Shown here one piece after another: positions 1 to 10,816 of a stretch of DNA of 64,000 bases. The stretch comes from Chthoniobacterales bacterium (lineage in GTDB: Bacteria; Verrucomicrobiota; Verrucomicrobiia; Chthoniobacterales; Chthoniobacteraceae): contig JBBQZX010000003.1 of assembly GCA_038207335.1 (NCBI GenBank), positions 217,019 to 281,018 on the forward strand, written 5' to 3'. The position numbers were made by a program, and so were the translations under genes. The first letter of the stretch is position 1, and each line of letters starts with the position of its first letter. A model generated the notes under the pieces. That model saw nothing but the letters and a program-made list of their open reading frames with translations. It was not told the DNA's origin and did not search any database.

Positions 1-469
1 ACACGCGCCACTCAAAACAAAGATCGTGAGCAAAGACGGTGACATCGCGACCTACAACTCCACCCGTGCCGCCGCCACGCCCGACCTCGCGTGGCCCGAG
101 TGGATCGCCGCGCAGCTCGGCGACCTCCGCCCGCCGATCACCGTCCCGCTCGGCTCCCGCACCGCCATCTTCCGCTACCGGCTCGGCACCGCTCAGCTCG
201 TCGCATTCGAGCGCAACATCTCCTACCAGATGAGCGAGGACCTCAAGCAAGCCGGCGGCAATGGCGCACTCGAAAAGCCCATCGAAATCCGCGCCACCCT
301 CCCCGCCGCCGCGCACATCTACGACCTGCGCACCCAGAAATACCTCGGCCAAGCCGACCACATCGACATCGCGCTCGACCCCTGGCACCCATCCCTCTAC
401 GCGGTCCTCCCCGAGAAAATCGACCCCGCCCACCTCATCGAGACCCTCGCCGCCGCGGCGAAACCCTAA
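1..469 (+). CDS. 3' end of a hypothetical protein, possibly the C-terminal beta-sandwich of a glycoside hydrolase; truncated by window start
   Basis: Frame open from base 2 to TAA at 469; host-like codon usage; HIYDLRTQKYLG segment typical of GH C-terminal domains. Confidence 0.5.
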   Translation, partial: HAPLKTKIVSKDGDIATYNSTRAAATPDLAWPEWIAAQLGDLRPPITVPLGSRTAIFRYRLGTAQLVAFERNISYQMSEDLKQAGGNGALEKPIEIRATLPAAAHIYDLRTQKYLGQADHIDIALDPWHPSLYAVLPEKIDPAHLIETLAAAAKP

Positions 470-528
470 ACTCAACCAGTTTTCAGAGAAAGACGCCCTC
501 GGCACGGTGTTCGGAAAGGGCGGCGGCA

Positions 529-866
529 TTAGTCATGGTGACGTCGCTTGTTCTGTTCCTTGGCGGCTGTGCGGACGAAGTCGAGGAGCCGTCCGTCGTC
601 GAGAATTGTTGGATAGGTGGTTCCGGGAATGCCGCTGATATGTGGAAGCCCAATCCAGAGATAGTTTCGGTTGGTTGTCGAGCGGACAACTTGAACCGGA
701 AAGGAATTAAGTAATTCGGAATAATCACCTCTCCGCAGCGCGCTCGCCTGCTAAATGAAGGATACGGTCCCGCGGTGAGAGGGCGTCATCGGACTGGTGG
801 TTCGCAACACCGGAAAGGTTCAACGCATCTCCGAAGTCCTGAAAGATCACGGGCGCTGAAGTTCAT
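529..866 (-). pseudogene. decayed, frameshifted integron-cassette-like ORF
   Basis: Lower-GC stretch; ATG at 866 just after GTTAGCC (881-875); protein-like fragments in different frames (VIFQDFGDALNLSG...DRILHLAGERA and LRRGDYSELLNSFPVQVV...RHHD*). Confidence 0.35.
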
Positions 867-874
867 GGATGATG

Positions 875-1019
875 GGCTAACGGTAGCTAGGCGAAGTGGC
901 TGGTGGTCGCAGTGGGTGGTCGGCTGCGCCGAGCCAAGTGCTGCCGTAGTGATTGCGTGGCGTGGGCGGAGGCTTCTGTTTCGTAGCGCAGCAGGTCCGA
1001 CCTAATGGCGACGTTCTCC
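875..1019 (-). repeat. isolated attC-like site
   Basis: Minus strand GGAGAAC-gtcgc-..TAGGTCG ... CGCCTAG-ctacc-GTTAGCC; extra base in the left L arm; internal GCTGCGC/GCGCAGC inverted repeat. Confidence 0.45.
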
Positions 1020-1207
1020 GCTCCCGCGATGAGCGGGGCAAGCTCGAAATGGAAACCTTCCAGCTCCCGCTTGGCCCAGAGTTGGCAATGCCGGCGCGGA
1101 TGTTTCTCCCGCCCCCTCCGCAAAGCGCGGCGCCTGTGAAAAGCGGGCGGTGATGAGAGGCGGAGATTGTATGGGGGGCGGGGGAGGTGTTCTTCTGGGT
1201 GACTGCC

Positions 1208-2470
1208 ATGCCGAACGACTCCGATCCTTCATATACACTCGCACGCGAACGCTATGCCGGCATCGGCGTGGATGTGGAGGGGGCGCTGGAGGCGCTGGCG
1301 GGGATTCCGATTTCGCTGCACTGCTGGCAGGGGGATGATGTGGGGGGATTTGAGAATGCGGGCTCGGAGCTGAGTGGCGGAATCGCGGTGACGGGGAATT
1401 ATCCGGCGAAGGCGCGGACGGCGGCGGAGTTGCGCGGGGATTTGGATAAGGCGCTGTCGCTGATCCCGGGGCGGCATCGGGTGAATTTGCACGCGTGTTA
1501 CGCGGAGCTCGGCGGGCGGAAGATCGAGCGAACGGATTACACGATCGAGCATTTTCAAGATTGGGTGGACTGGTGCGGGGAGCAGGGGATGGGGCTCGAT
1601 TTCAATCCGACTTTTTTCGCACATCCGCGCGCGGCGGATGGCTTCACGCTGTCGCATCGGGAGGGGAGTGTGCGGGAGTTTTGGATCGCGCATGGGATCG
1701 CGTGCCGGCGGATCGCGGCGGAGGCGGGGCGGCAGCTCGGGAATGCGGTGGTGACGAATTTTTGGATTCCCGATGGCTTCAAGGACACGCCTGCGGACCG
1801 GCGCGCGCCGCGGGAACGGCTCGCGGAATCGCTCGATGAGATTTTCGCGCAGCCGATCGATCCGGCGCTGAATCTGGATGCGGTGGAGTCGAAGCTCTTC
1901 GGGCTGGGGAGCGAAAGTTACGTGGTCGGGTCGCACGAGTTTTACCTCGGGTATGCGATCTCGCGGCAGAAGCTCTACTGCCTGGATGCGGGGCATTTTC
2001 ACCCGACGGAATCGCTGGCGGACAAGGTGTCGTCGGTGCTGCAATTCGTGCCAGGGCTGCTGCTGCATGTGTCGCGCGGGGTGCGCTGGGACAGCGATCA
2101 CGTGGTGCTGCTGGATGATGCGACGCGCGAGATCATGGAGGAAATCGTGCGCGGTGGATTCCTGCCGCGGACGCACATCGGGCTGGATTTCTTCGATGCG
2201 AGTATCAACCGGATCGCGGCGTGGGTGATCGGCACGCGCAACGCGCTGAAGGCGCTGTTGCTCGCGCTGCTGGAGCCGGCCCAGGAGTTGCGCGCGGCGG
2301 AGGCGGCGGGGGATTTCACCGCGCGTCTGGCGCTGATGGAGGAGGCGAAATCGATGCCATTCGGCGCGGTATGGGACGAGCACTGCCGCCGCGCGGGTGT
2401 GCCGGTCGGCGCGGCGTGGCTCGCCGATGTGCGCGCCTACGAGAAGGACGTGCTGGCGCGGCGTGTGTAG
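1208..2470 (+). CDS. rhaA: L-rhamnose isomerase
   Basis: [50 protein letters not shown] motifs. Confidence 0.95.
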   Translation: MPNDSDPSYTLARERYAGIGVDVEGALEALAGIPISLHCWQGDDVGGFENAGSELSGGIAVTGNYPAKARTAAELRGDLDKALSLIPGRHRVNLHACYAELGGRKIERTDYTIEHFQDWVDWCGEQGMGLDFNPTFFAHPRAADGFTLSHREGSVREFWIAHGIACRRIAAEAGRQLGNAVVTNFWIPDGFKDTPADRRAPRERLAESLDEIFAQPIDPALNLDAVESKLFGLGSESYVVGSHEFYLGYAISRQKLYCLDAGHFHPTESLADKVSSVLQFVPGLLLHVSRGVRWDSDHVVLLDDATREIMEEIVRGGFLPRTHIGLDFFDASINRIAAWVIGTRNALKALLLALLEPAQELRAAEAAGDFTARLALMEEAKSMPFGAVWDEHCRRAGVPVGAAWLADVRAYEKDVLARRV

Positions 2471-2484
2471 CCGAGCCGGAGCGC

Positions 2485-3213
2485 CTACTTTTTCGCGTAG
2501 TCCTGGCCGAGCGGCGAGAGGTCGCCCCAGCTTTGCTTCCAGAGGCTCGCGGGCTTGTCCGGGCCGGGCGTGAAATAGGCGTATCGCTCGACGTATGATT
2601 TTCGGTCGAGCAGCCGGAAAGCTTGTTTGGCAAAGCGCTCGCGGTCGCCGCCGGAGTACTGGGCGTTGAATTCGGTGAGCCAGATTGGGAGGTGATACTG
2701 GCGGTGGATTTCGTCGAGCCAGTGCTCGAAGTCCTCTGGATTTGCGCTGCGATACCAATGGAGCGCGATGAAATCGACCCGGAGCTTTCGGCTGCGCGCG
2801 CCTTCCATGAAGCGGCTCAGCCATTCCATTCCTCTGCCATCTGAGGAAGGTGCGGGACTTCCCAGACGCAGGCCCGTGGCCATGAGTTGGGGCCAAAGGT
2901 CGAGTGCTTCCTCGACGCTGAGATTCCCCTGATCCTTCCGCTCCGGTTCGTTGAAGCAGAGCAACGCTTTTGCGCCGCTGGCTTTGACGGCGTCGAGCGT
3001 GCGCGCATTAACGTGCGCCTTGCCTTTGATCATCGGGACGAATTCCACATCGGCTGTGCCCGCGCCGGATGGCCCCCAATTATAGAACCAGTGGGCCTTC
3101 AGCTTCTGCGCCGTCGCTAGGTCGCCGTCCCATCCCTTTTTCACCGAGGGAGTCTGCGCCGCAGCGAGAGTGACGAGCGCGAAAAAGGCGGCGAGAAAGT
3201 GGAGGGGTCGCAT
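2485..3213 (-). CDS. secreted GH128 (Glyco_hydro_cc) beta-1,3-glucanase-like protein
   Basis: Signal peptide MRPLHFLAAFF; WFYNW, FVPMI, FNEPE, DFIALHWY, PIWLTEF, VERYAYF motifs. Confidence 0.85.
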   Translation of the reverse strand: MRPLHFLAAFFALVTLAAAQTPSVKKGWDGDLATAQKLKAHWFYNWGPSGAGTADVEFVPMIKGKAHVNARTLDAVKASGAKALLCFNEPERKDQGNLSVEEALDLWPQLMATGLRLGSPAPSSDGRGMEWLSRFMEGARSRKLRVDFIALHWYRSANPEDFEHWLDEIHRQYHLPIWLTEFNAQYSGGDRERFAKQAFRLLDRKSYVERYAYFTPGPDKPASLWKQSWGDLSPLGQDYAKK

Positions 3214-3291
3214 GGCTGCGAAGCGTAACGGCAGGAACGGGCATCTCAAGCGGCCTCTGGTCTCGCGCTCCGACGCATGTATTATCGCGCC

Positions 3292-3636
3292 ATGCGCTGG
3301 CTTATTTTCCCCGTCCTTTCTGTTTTGCTCGCCGTCGCCAGCGCTTCGCTGGCGGCGGCACCCCCGAAAAAGCCGGCGGTGAAGCCGAAGCCGGCGGTGA
3401 CGGTGAAAGATCTCGCGCTGCGAGAAGCCAAGGCGTGCGATGCGAACGGAGACGGACGCATCGAAGGGCCGGAGGTCATGAAGCTGCGCACTGCCCGAGC
3501 AACTCATCCGAAGAGCTACCTGTATCTGTTCGACGATAACAGCAACGGCTACCTCGACGATGCGGAGGTGGCAAGAATCCGGGTGCCGGTCTCGGCTCCA
3601 GCGAGTAAAAAGGCCCCGGCACCTAAAAAGCACTGA
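3292..3636 (+). CDS. small secreted EF-hand protein
   Basis: Signal peptide; two EF-hand loops DANGDGRIEGPE and DDNSNGYLDDAE. Confidence 0.75.
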   Translation: MRWLIFPVLSVLLAVASASLAAAPPKKPAVKPKPAVTVKDLALREAKACDANGDGRIEGPEVMKLRTARATHPKSYLYLFDDNSNGYLDDAEVARIRVPVSAPASKKAPAPKKH

Positions 3637-3660
3637 CTCTCTGCGGACGGTGAGGTGCGC

Positions 3661-4530
3661 TCAGGCCGCGCCGAATGCGAGCGCCTCGAAGTTGTTTTCA
3701 CTTTTAAAAACCTCCTGCCACGCGACGCCATCGCTGGAGTGGAGGAGGCGCCCGCGCCAGTTCGCTCCGACGAAATGGCCCGCGCCGAATGTGACGATCA
3801 GCGGCGCGTCTTTGTTTGATTTTCGACTCCACGCGCTGCCGTCGTATGAGATGAAAGTCGCGCCCGCTCCGACCGCGACGAATCGGTCGCCGGCCCAGAC
3901 GATGGAGTTGAGGTGCTCGCCTTCTTCGCCAGTCTGACGATTGCTCCATGTGATGCCATCGGGGCTGCTCATTCGGAGGCCGTTCAGCCCGACGCCGACG
4001 AATTTCCCCGCGCCGAACGCGACATCGACGAGCGTGTCGATGGCCTTCACTCCGGGCGCATCAGTCCACGTCTTGCCATCGGGTGAAGCAGCGCGTCGCC
4101 CGCGGTCGCCTACGCCGACGATCAAGCCATTCCCTGTGGCGAAGCGTCGCAGGATGAATTTCCCGGTCAGCTCGATGAACGGGCCCCATGATTTTCCATC
4201 GATCGAAGTAAGCGCGAATGGCTTTGCGAGTCCGACCGTGCCGGGGTCGCCGCCGAGCGCGATGAAAACGCCATTTTGCCAGACGATGCCGCGGACGTAG
4301 CGGCTGTAATTGCCCTCGAATTTCGATGCCTCCCAAGTCGCGCCGTCGGTCGTCGTGGCGAAAATATTCGTGCCCCCGTAGCTCCCGGCGGCGACGAATC
4401 GCCCGCCACCAAACGTGATCGCGCGATACGTTTCGCCTTCCTTGCCGGTCAACGCATTTTTCCACTCGGTGCCATTTTCGGAGGTGATGCGCTGGCCGTT
4501 CTGGCCGACTGCGATGAAGAGGCTGGGCAT
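3661..4530 (-). CDS. beta-propeller protein with BNR/Asp-box-like repeats
   Basis: About 7 repeats of FVAVG...S.DG.TW. Confidence 0.8.
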   Translation of the reverse strand: MPSLFIAVGQNGQRITSENGTEWKNALTGKEGETYRAITFGGGRFVAAGSYGGTNIFATTTDGATWEASKFEGNYSRYVRGIVWQNGVFIALGGDPGTVGLAKPFALTSIDGKSWGPFIELTGKFILRRFATGNGLIVGVGDRGRRAASPDGKTWTDAPGVKAIDTLVDVAFGAGKFVGVGLNGLRMSSPDGITWSNRQTGEEGEHLNSIVWAGDRFVAVGAGATFISYDGSAWSRKSNKDAPLIVTFGAGHFVGANWRGRLLHSSDGVAWQEVFKSENNFEALAFGAA

Positions 4531-4624
4531 GTTTCTAATGGGTGAATGGCAAATGAGTCGCGAAGCTCACATGACGAATGCAGTCGCGCCGCGAGGCTCG
4601 CGGGAGTAGGACTTTCTGCCACCC

Positions 4625-5605
4625 ATGCCAGCTAAAAATTTCAACACCCCAATGGAATGGAATCTGCCGCCGGTGAATTTCGGCTGGCTCTGGCGCGGGC
4701 TCGCGATCGTCATCCTGATTTGGGCGAGCTTTTCGCTTTTCACCAGCGTCCCTGCGGACTCCGTCGGCGTGCTGATTCGGCTGGGACAATTCAGGGACGT
4801 GCTGAAGCCGGGGTTGCAATTCAAACTGCCGCTCGGCATCGACCGGATTACGATCGTGCCCGTGCAGCGGCAGTTGAAACTCGAATTCGGTTTCCAGACG
4901 CCGGGCGCGACGAATCACGACCAGAGTTCTGACGAGCCAGAGGAGGAGAAAAACATGGTGACCGGCGATCTGAACATGGCGCTCGTCGAGTGGGTCGTGC
5001 AGTACCGCATCGACGATCCAAAGATGTATCTTTTCAACGTCCGCGAGCCCGGCTGGACGCTGCGTGATGCGAGCGAGTCGGCGATGCGCGAGGTGGTCGG
5101 CGACCGGACTGTGGATGAGGTGCTCACGATCGGTCGGCAGGAGATCGAAAATGAGGCGCTTCTTGGAATGAAGCGGCTCTCTGAGCAGTACGGGCTCGGC
5201 CTGACGGTGATGCAGGTGCAACTCAAGGACGTACATCCGCCCCGCGCGGTGCAGGCGAGTTTTAATGAAGTGAACCAGGCGCAGCAGGAGAAGGAGCAGG
5301 CGATCAATGTGGCGAACGGCGAATACAACAAGGCGGTGCCTCAGGCGCGAGGGATGGCGGATCAAAAGGTGCGCGAGGCCGATGGATATGCGCTGAAGCG
5401 GGTGAACGAAGCGCGCGGCGACGCGGAGCGTTACCACGCTCTGCTGGTGGAATACACGAAAGCGCCGGAGGTGACGCGAAAGCGAATGTATCTGGAGGCG
5501 ATGGCCGATGTGCTCCCGCTGCTGGAGCGAAAAATCATCCTTGATGAAAAGGCCGGGCAGCTCCTGCCGCTGTTGCCCCTCGACCAAAAAGGAGGTGCGA
5601 AGTGA
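4625..5605 (+). CDS. hflK: FtsH protease modulator HflK
   Basis: N-terminal TM helix plus SPFH domain (MVTGDLNMALVEWVVQYRI, QLKDVHPP, YTKAPEVTRKRMYLE); overlaps hflC. Confidence 0.92.
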   Translation: MPAKNFNTPMEWNLPPVNFGWLWRGLAIVILIWASFSLFTSVPADSVGVLIRLGQFRDVLKPGLQFKLPLGIDRITIVPVQRQLKLEFGFQTPGATNHDQSSDEPEEEKNMVTGDLNMALVEWVVQYRIDDPKMYLFNVREPGWTLRDASESAMREVVGDRTVDEVLTIGRQEIENEALLGMKRLSEQYGLGLTVMQVQLKDVHPPRAVQASFNEVNQAQQEKEQAINVANGEYNKAVPQARGMADQKVREADGYALKRVNEARGDAERYHALLVEYTKAPEVTRKRMYLEAMADVLPLLERKIILDEKAGQLLPLLPLDQKGGAK

Positions 5606-6648
5606 GCATCGGAACTTGGATTAAAATCGTGCTGGTGCTCGCGATCCTGCTGCTCGTGAGCGGCGTCGCTTACGTGATCCCGGAGACGGAGCAGATCATC
5701 ATCACGCAATTCGGTGAGCCGATCGGTGCGCCGATCACGGATGCCGGGCTGCATTTCAAAGTGCCGTTCATTCAAGATGTGAATCGCATCGAAAAACGCG
5801 TGCTCGAGTGGGATGGGCCGAGCGCCGAGATGCCGACGAAAGACAAGCTCTACCTCGTTGTCGATGCCTTTGGCCGGTGGCGCATCAGCGATCCGTTGCG
5901 ATACTTTTTGCGACTCCGCGACGAGCGCAGCGCGCAGTCGCGGCTCGACGACATCCTCGGCAGCGAGACGCGCAACACGATCGCGCGGCACAAGCTCGTG
6001 GAGCTGATCCGCACGACGAAAGACCGCACCGCGGCGGTCGATGACGCGCTCGTGAGCAACAATAGCGGGACGGTCTCGGCGGGGCTGCCGCCGATTCAGT
6101 TTGGGCGCGTGGCGCTCGAAAAAGAGATCGGCGACCAGGCGCGCGCGAAGCTCGCAGAATTCGGCATCGAGCTGCTCGACGTGCGCTTCAAGCGGATCAA
6201 CTACAACCCGGCGGTGAGCGCGAAAATCTTCGACCGGATGACGAGCGAGCGCCGGCAGATAGCGGATCGTTTCCGCAGCGAAGGCGCGGGTGAAGCGGCG
6301 AAGATCATGGGGAGTAAAGAGCGCGATCTTTTCGAGATCGAATCCGAGGCATATCGCTCCGTGCAAGTGACACAGGGCAAGGCGGATGCAACGGCAGCGG
6401 CGATTTATGCGGAGGCATACAATTCGACGCCAGAGGCGCGTGAATTCTACGGCTTCACGCGGACGCTCGACACGTATCGCACCGTTTTTGCGAGCGGCAC
6501 GACTGCGGTGCTGACGACTGACGGGAGCTTTCTGCGGCTGCTGAAGGGCGAGGAAATCAAGCCCACTGCCGCGGCTGTGAAAGCGCCGCCGCCGCCCGGG
6601 CCGCCCGCAGCTCCCGCGCTGCCACCCGCTGCGCCGCCGGTTCCGTAG
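5602..6648 (+). CDS. hflC: FtsH protease modulator HflC
   Basis: QIIITQFGEP, GLHFKVPFIQ, RMTSERRQIADRFRSEG, EFYGFTRTLDTY; GTGA overlap with hflK. Confidence 0.92.
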   Translation: MSIGTWIKIVLVLAILLLVSGVAYVIPETEQIIITQFGEPIGAPITDAGLHFKVPFIQDVNRIEKRVLEWDGPSAEMPTKDKLYLVVDAFGRWRISDPLRYFLRLRDERSAQSRLDDILGSETRNTIARHKLVELIRTTKDRTAAVDDALVSNNSGTVSAGLPPIQFGRVALEKEIGDQARAKLAEFGIELLDVRFKRINYNPAVSAKIFDRMTSERRQIADRFRSEGAGEAAKIMGSKERDLFEIESEAYRSVQVTQGKADATAAAIYAEAYNSTPEAREFYGFTRTLDTYRTVFASGTTAVLTTDGSFLRLLKGEEIKPTAAAVKAPPPPGPPAAPALPPAAPPVP

Positions 6649-6657
6649 TGCGGTGCG

Positions 6658-7437
6658 ATGGCGGATTTGACGATCACCTTTCTCGGAACGGGGACCTCGC
6701 AAGGCATCCCGGTGATCGGTTGCGATTGCGCAGTCTGCACCTCAGCCGATCCGCGCGACACGCGCACACGCTCGTCGCTTTATTTGCAGACGCCGGAGTG
6801 CTCGTGGGTGATTGATACCGGCCCCGATTTTCGCGCGCAGTGCCTGCGCGAAAAGGTGCGGGTCGTGGATGCGGTCGTTTACACGCACTCGCATGCCGAC
6901 CACATCATGGGCTTCGACGACCTGCGCGCATTCTCGCCTCCCGGCGGCATGCTGCCGGTCTATGCGTCGCCGGAGACGATGGCCGACATCGAGCGCACGT
7001 TCCTCTTCGCGTTCAATGGCCTGAACCGCTTCCCTGGCTACATCCATCCCGAGCCGCGCACCATCGAGGGGCCATTCATTCTCGGGAAAATCGAGCTGAC
7101 TCCGCTGCTCGCAAAACACGGGCGCGCGCATGTATTCGGATATCTCTTTTCCAAAAATGGCGAGCGCCTCGCGGCGTATCTCAGCGACTGCAAATCGGTC
7201 TCCGATGCTGTGCTGGAGCGCATCGCCGGCGTGCGGCATCTCATCGTGGATGCGCTGCGCCGCAAGCCGCACCCGACGCACATGAATGTCGAGGAGGCGC
7301 TGCTTTTCTCCGAGAAAGTGGGGCCGGGGCAGACGTGGTTCACGCATCTCTGCCACGATCTCGCGCACGCTGAAACGGAGATGATGGTGCCCGCCGGAGT
7401 GCGCGTCGCGTTCGATGGGATGAAGATCGAAATATGA
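6658..7437 (+). CDS. MBL-fold metallo-hydrolase (PhnP-like)
   Basis: FLGTGTSQGIPVIGCDCAVC, IDTGPD, THSHADH metal-binding motif. Confidence 0.9.
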   Translation: MADLTITFLGTGTSQGIPVIGCDCAVCTSADPRDTRTRSSLYLQTPECSWVIDTGPDFRAQCLREKVRVVDAVVYTHSHADHIMGFDDLRAFSPPGGMLPVYASPETMADIERTFLFAFNGLNRFPGYIHPEPRTIEGPFILGKIELTPLLAKHGRAHVFGYLFSKNGERLAAYLSDCKSVSDAVLERIAGVRHLIVDALRRKPHPTHMNVEEALLFSEKVGPGQTWFTHLCHDLAHAETEMMVPAGVRVAFDGMKIEI

Positions 7438-9050
7438 GCCCCATGAGCGTGCGGAAATTTCGTCGGTGGCTTGCAATTGCTGTGGGGGCTTCGATCGCGC
7501 AGTTGTTGCAGGCCGAAGAAAGCGGCTTGTCCGTCCGCGCGCCGACGGGCGATGCGCGTAAATCGGACGCCGCGATGACGGTCGTTGTCTTCAATGAAAG
7601 CGCCGCGGACTCAGGCGATCTGGCACGCTTTTATGCGAGCAAACGTGGCATCGCAAAAGACCACGTTCTCGGGCTGAAATGCTCCCTTGCGGAGGAGATC
7701 AGTCGCGACGAATACGACCGCGATATCGCGGAGCCGCTGCGGAAGATTTTCAAGGAGCGTGGTTGGTGGACGCTGCGCGAGGCGGATCATCCGCTCGGGC
7801 GTGTCGGCGCGAGCGAGATTCATTTCGTGGCGCTCATCCGCGGAATCCCGCTGCGGATCGCGCAGACCGGCGGATACGAGGGCGACAAGCCGAACGGCCC
7901 CGCCGCCGTCAGCACGCGAAACGAGGCGTCTGTGGATTCAGAACTCGCCGCGCTCGGCCTCTACACGCGGAGCATTTCGGGCATCCTGCGGAATCCGTAC
8001 TTCCACAGTTTCACTCCGATTGCCGATGCGCGGATGCCCGCGCTTTTGCTCGTCTGCCGGCTCGATGCACCAACGCCGGAGATCGTGAAGCGGATGATCA
8101 CCGACGCAATCGCGACGGAGCGCGTCGGGCTGCGCGGTTTCGCATACATCGACGCGCGTGGGCTAAAAGATGGCGGTCTGATGGAGGGCGAAAAATGGCT
8201 CTTCAATATTGCCGACGACGCGAGGAAACGCGGCACCCCGGTGATCCTGGACAATGGCGAGGGGCTTTTTCCTGAGGCATATCCGATGCGTTATGCAGCG
8301 CTCTATTTTGGCTGGTATGCGGAGAATGTGAGCGGTGCGGTTGCTCGCCCGGATTTCAAATTTCCGCCCGGCGCGGTCGCCGTTCACATTCATTCCTTCA
8401 GCGCGGTGACGCTGCGCGATCCGAAAAAATTCTGGTGTGCACCGCTGCTCGCGGCAGGTGCCGCGGCGACTCTCGGGAACGTCGCGGAGCCGTATCTTTC
8501 TCTCACGCCGAACCTCGACGTTTTTCACGAGCGTCTTCGCGAGGGCCTGACTTTTGCGGAGAGCGCGTGGGCGTCGGAACTCGCGCTCTCGTGGATGACG
8601 ACGTGCATCGGCGATCCGCTCTACCGGCCATTTCAGGCTGATCATGATCTCGTAACTCCGCCGCCGAAAAACGAATGGACGATCTATGCGGATGGAGCAA
8701 AAGCGTGGATTCGGAACCCGGCTGAAGGCGGCGCGGAACTCGCGGCAGCGGCGGAGAAGGCACGCAGTGGGATCATTTTCGAGGGGCTCGGCCTACTGCA
8801 GATTGTGGTCGGGCAGCCCGCCGCCGCGGTGGAGGCATTCGCCTCCGCGCAACGCGACTACACGAATCCCGAGGACAAAATCCGCGCGGTGATTCATGCC
8901 GTGATTCAACTCCGGGGGCTCGGGAAAAATGCGGATGCACTGGCGCTCACGCACAAGCTGCTCGGGCAATATCCGACCGCTCCCGCGAGCGGGATTTTGA
9001 GAATGTTTGAGGCGCAAATGGCCCCGCCCGCCGCCGCTCCGGCACGGTAG
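7434..9050 (+). CDS. TIGR03790-family PVC protein with C-terminal TPR-like region
   Basis: VVVFN, LARFYASKRGI, ASVDSELA, LVCRLD, YFGWY, PGAVAVHIHSFSA, TLGNVAEPYL, SWMTTCIGDPLYRPF. Confidence 0.8.
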   Translation: MSPMSVRKFRRWLAIAVGASIAQLLQAEESGLSVRAPTGDARKSDAAMTVVVFNESAADSGDLARFYASKRGIAKDHVLGLKCSLAEEISRDEYDRDIAEPLRKIFKERGWWTLREADHPLGRVGASEIHFVALIRGIPLRIAQTGGYEGDKPNGPAAVSTRNEASVDSELAALGLYTRSISGILRNPYFHSFTPIADARMPALLLVCRLDAPTPEIVKRMITDAIATERVGLRGFAYIDARGLKDGGLMEGEKWLFNIADDARKRGTPVILDNGEGLFPEAYPMRYAALYFGWYAENVSGAVARPDFKFPPGAVAVHIHSFSAVTLRDPKKFWCAPLLAAGAAATLGNVAEPYLSLTPNLDVFHERLREGLTFAESAWASELALSWMTTCIGDPLYRPFQADHDLVTPPPKNEWTIYADGAKAWIRNPAEGGAELAAAAEKARSGIIFEGLGLLQIVVGQPAAAVEAFASAQRDYTNPEDKIRAVIHAVIQLRGLGKNADALALTHKLLGQYPTAPASGILRMFEAQMAPPAAAPAR

Positions 9051-9062
9051 CGAGAACGATTT

Positions 9063-10163
9063 TCACCCCACGGTCTGCAAATACCACGCGATGATTTGCG
9101 GACCGGCGAAGAGCCAGACGAGCGCGGCAAAGGCGAGGTAGGGGCCGAACGGGATTTTCGCCGACCATTCGCGGCGGCCGATCGCGATGGTCGCGAGGCC
9201 GATGAATGCGCCGACAGTGGACGCGCCAAAGACCGTAAAGAGCACAGCTTTCCAGCCGAGGAACGCGCCGATGCACGCCATGAATTTCACGTCGCCGAAG
9301 CCCATCGCCTCACGCGGAATCGTGATCTCGGCGACCTCGCCGGTGATAGTTTCGAGCTTGATGAGCTCCCACTTTTTGCCCGCGATTTCGAGGCGGTCGA
9401 AGCGGAACTCGAGCAGCGCATTTTCGAACCGTTCGCCATCGATCACCGCGGTCGTCGTGTGCATGAGCAGCCGGTCGGAAGCGCGCGAAAAAAACTCGCT
9501 CCAGAGCTGCGTCTCGTCGCCGACGATGAGCTCGGCGTCGTTCGCTTTCCGAGTCCACTTGAAGGCGGTCGGCTTCTCGAAAACGATGCGCTTTTTGCCG
9601 AACGCCTTCTTCCCCAGTTCGACGACGCCCCACAGCAATCCGTACCCAGTCGTTGCGCCGATGATCGACCATAGACCAGCCTGCAGACTTGATTGTGTGC
9701 CCATCATGGCGGGCATCGCGAGGCTAAGCAGGACGCCGGCAACCGCACCGCCCCAAGTGATTTCATCCGGGATGATGAAGAACTCGAGGTCGATGAAAGT
9801 GGCGACGACAAACAGGCTGGCGAGGATGAAATAGGGCAGCGCGAGTTCGGGGTGCCGCGGCCAGACGTGATGCCAAACGGCGAGGAAAAGGAGCCCGGTC
9901 AGCAACTCGACGCCGAAGTAGCGGACGGAGATTTTGCCGCGGCAATTGCCGCATTTTCCACGCAGGACGAGCCACGAGATGAGCGGCAGATTGTGGTGCC
10001 ACGGGATCTGATATTTGCAGCTCGGGCAGAAGGAGCGCTTTGGTTTGTTGACCGAGAGATCGCGCGGCATCCGGTAGATGCAGACATTCAAAAACGAGCC
10101 GATCGCTGCGCCGAGAATGAAGGCGAATGTGGAGAAGAGGAGTTCGTAGGCGTGCGGCGTCAC
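9063..10163 (-). CDS. pilD: prepilin peptidase / N-methyltransferase
   Basis: GSFLNVCIYRMP, CxxC pairs, FIDLE, MGFGDVK, IPFGPYL. Confidence 0.92.
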   Translation of the reverse strand: MTPHAYELLFSTFAFILGAAIGSFLNVCIYRMPRDLSVNKPKRSFCPSCKYQIPWHHNLPLISWLVLRGKCGNCRGKISVRYFGVELLTGLLFLAVWHHVWPRHPELALPYFILASLFVVATFIDLEFFIIPDEITWGGAVAGVLLSLAMPAMMGTQSSLQAGLWSIIGATTGYGLLWGVVELGKKAFGKKRIVFEKPTAFKWTRKANDAELIVGDETQLWSEFFSRASDRLLMHTTTAVIDGERFENALLEFRFDRLEIAGKKWELIKLETITGEVAEITIPREAMGFGDVKFMACIGAFLGWKAVLFTVFGASTVGAFIGLATIAIGRREWSAKIPFGPYLAFAALVWLFAGPQIIAWYLQTVG

Positions 10164-10245
10164 GGCGGGGAGATTTGAATTAAAGACGAAAAAGAGAAGT
10201 GCGGAGTGCGGGTGTTTGGGGTTATAGAGCGGGAATCAAACCACT

Positions 10246-10767
10246 ATGAAACGCGCGCTTCTTTTTCTGTCTCTCGCGTCTGCACTCGTTTTCGTTCCGG
10301 CGCTGCGCGCGGAGGTGAGCGCGATCTCGGTGCGGGCGGAGCAAATCAGCAAGGACGAGAACTCGAAGTTCACGAAGACGCAGGTGAAGACGCTGAAGAT
10401 CATTTTGAACAATAGCTCGGCGCAGGACGTGGATGGGCTGCTCGTGAAGTATTATTTTTTCGGAAAAGCGGTGAACGATCACGACGTGGTGATCCTCGAT
10501 AAAGGGGAGAAGGCGGCGAGTGTGAAGGCGCACGGGAGCGAGATCGTCGAGTCGGCGTCGATGACGGCCAAATCGACGGAAGCGCATCAAACGGGTAGTC
10601 CGAATGGGAAGAAAAAGGGCGGCAAAGGCGGGGCTGCGCCGAAAAAAGTGGCGGCGTCGGGGGAGAAAGTGACGGGCTACGGTGTGCAGGTGTTGGACAA
10701 GGGGAAGGTGGTCGCTGAGTACTTCAGCGCGCCGAGCTTGAAGCAGGAAGTCGGCGGGAGTCGGTGA
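10246..10767 (+). CDS. secreted hypothetical protein
   Basis: Signal peptide MKRALLFLSLASALV; host-like codon usage. Confidence 0.7.
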   Translation: MKRALLFLSLASALVFVPALRAEVSAISVRAEQISKDENSKFTKTQVKTLKIILNNSSAQDVDGLLVKYYFFGKAVNDHDVVILDKGEKAASVKAHGSEIVESASMTAKSTEAHQTGSPNGKKKGGKGGAAPKKVAASGEKVTGYGVQVLDKGKVVAEYFSAPSLKQEVGGSR

Positions 10768-10816
10768 TTGCCGACCGCTGATTCGGCAAAGCTTGAACCG
10801 CGAGCGCATTCTCGCG

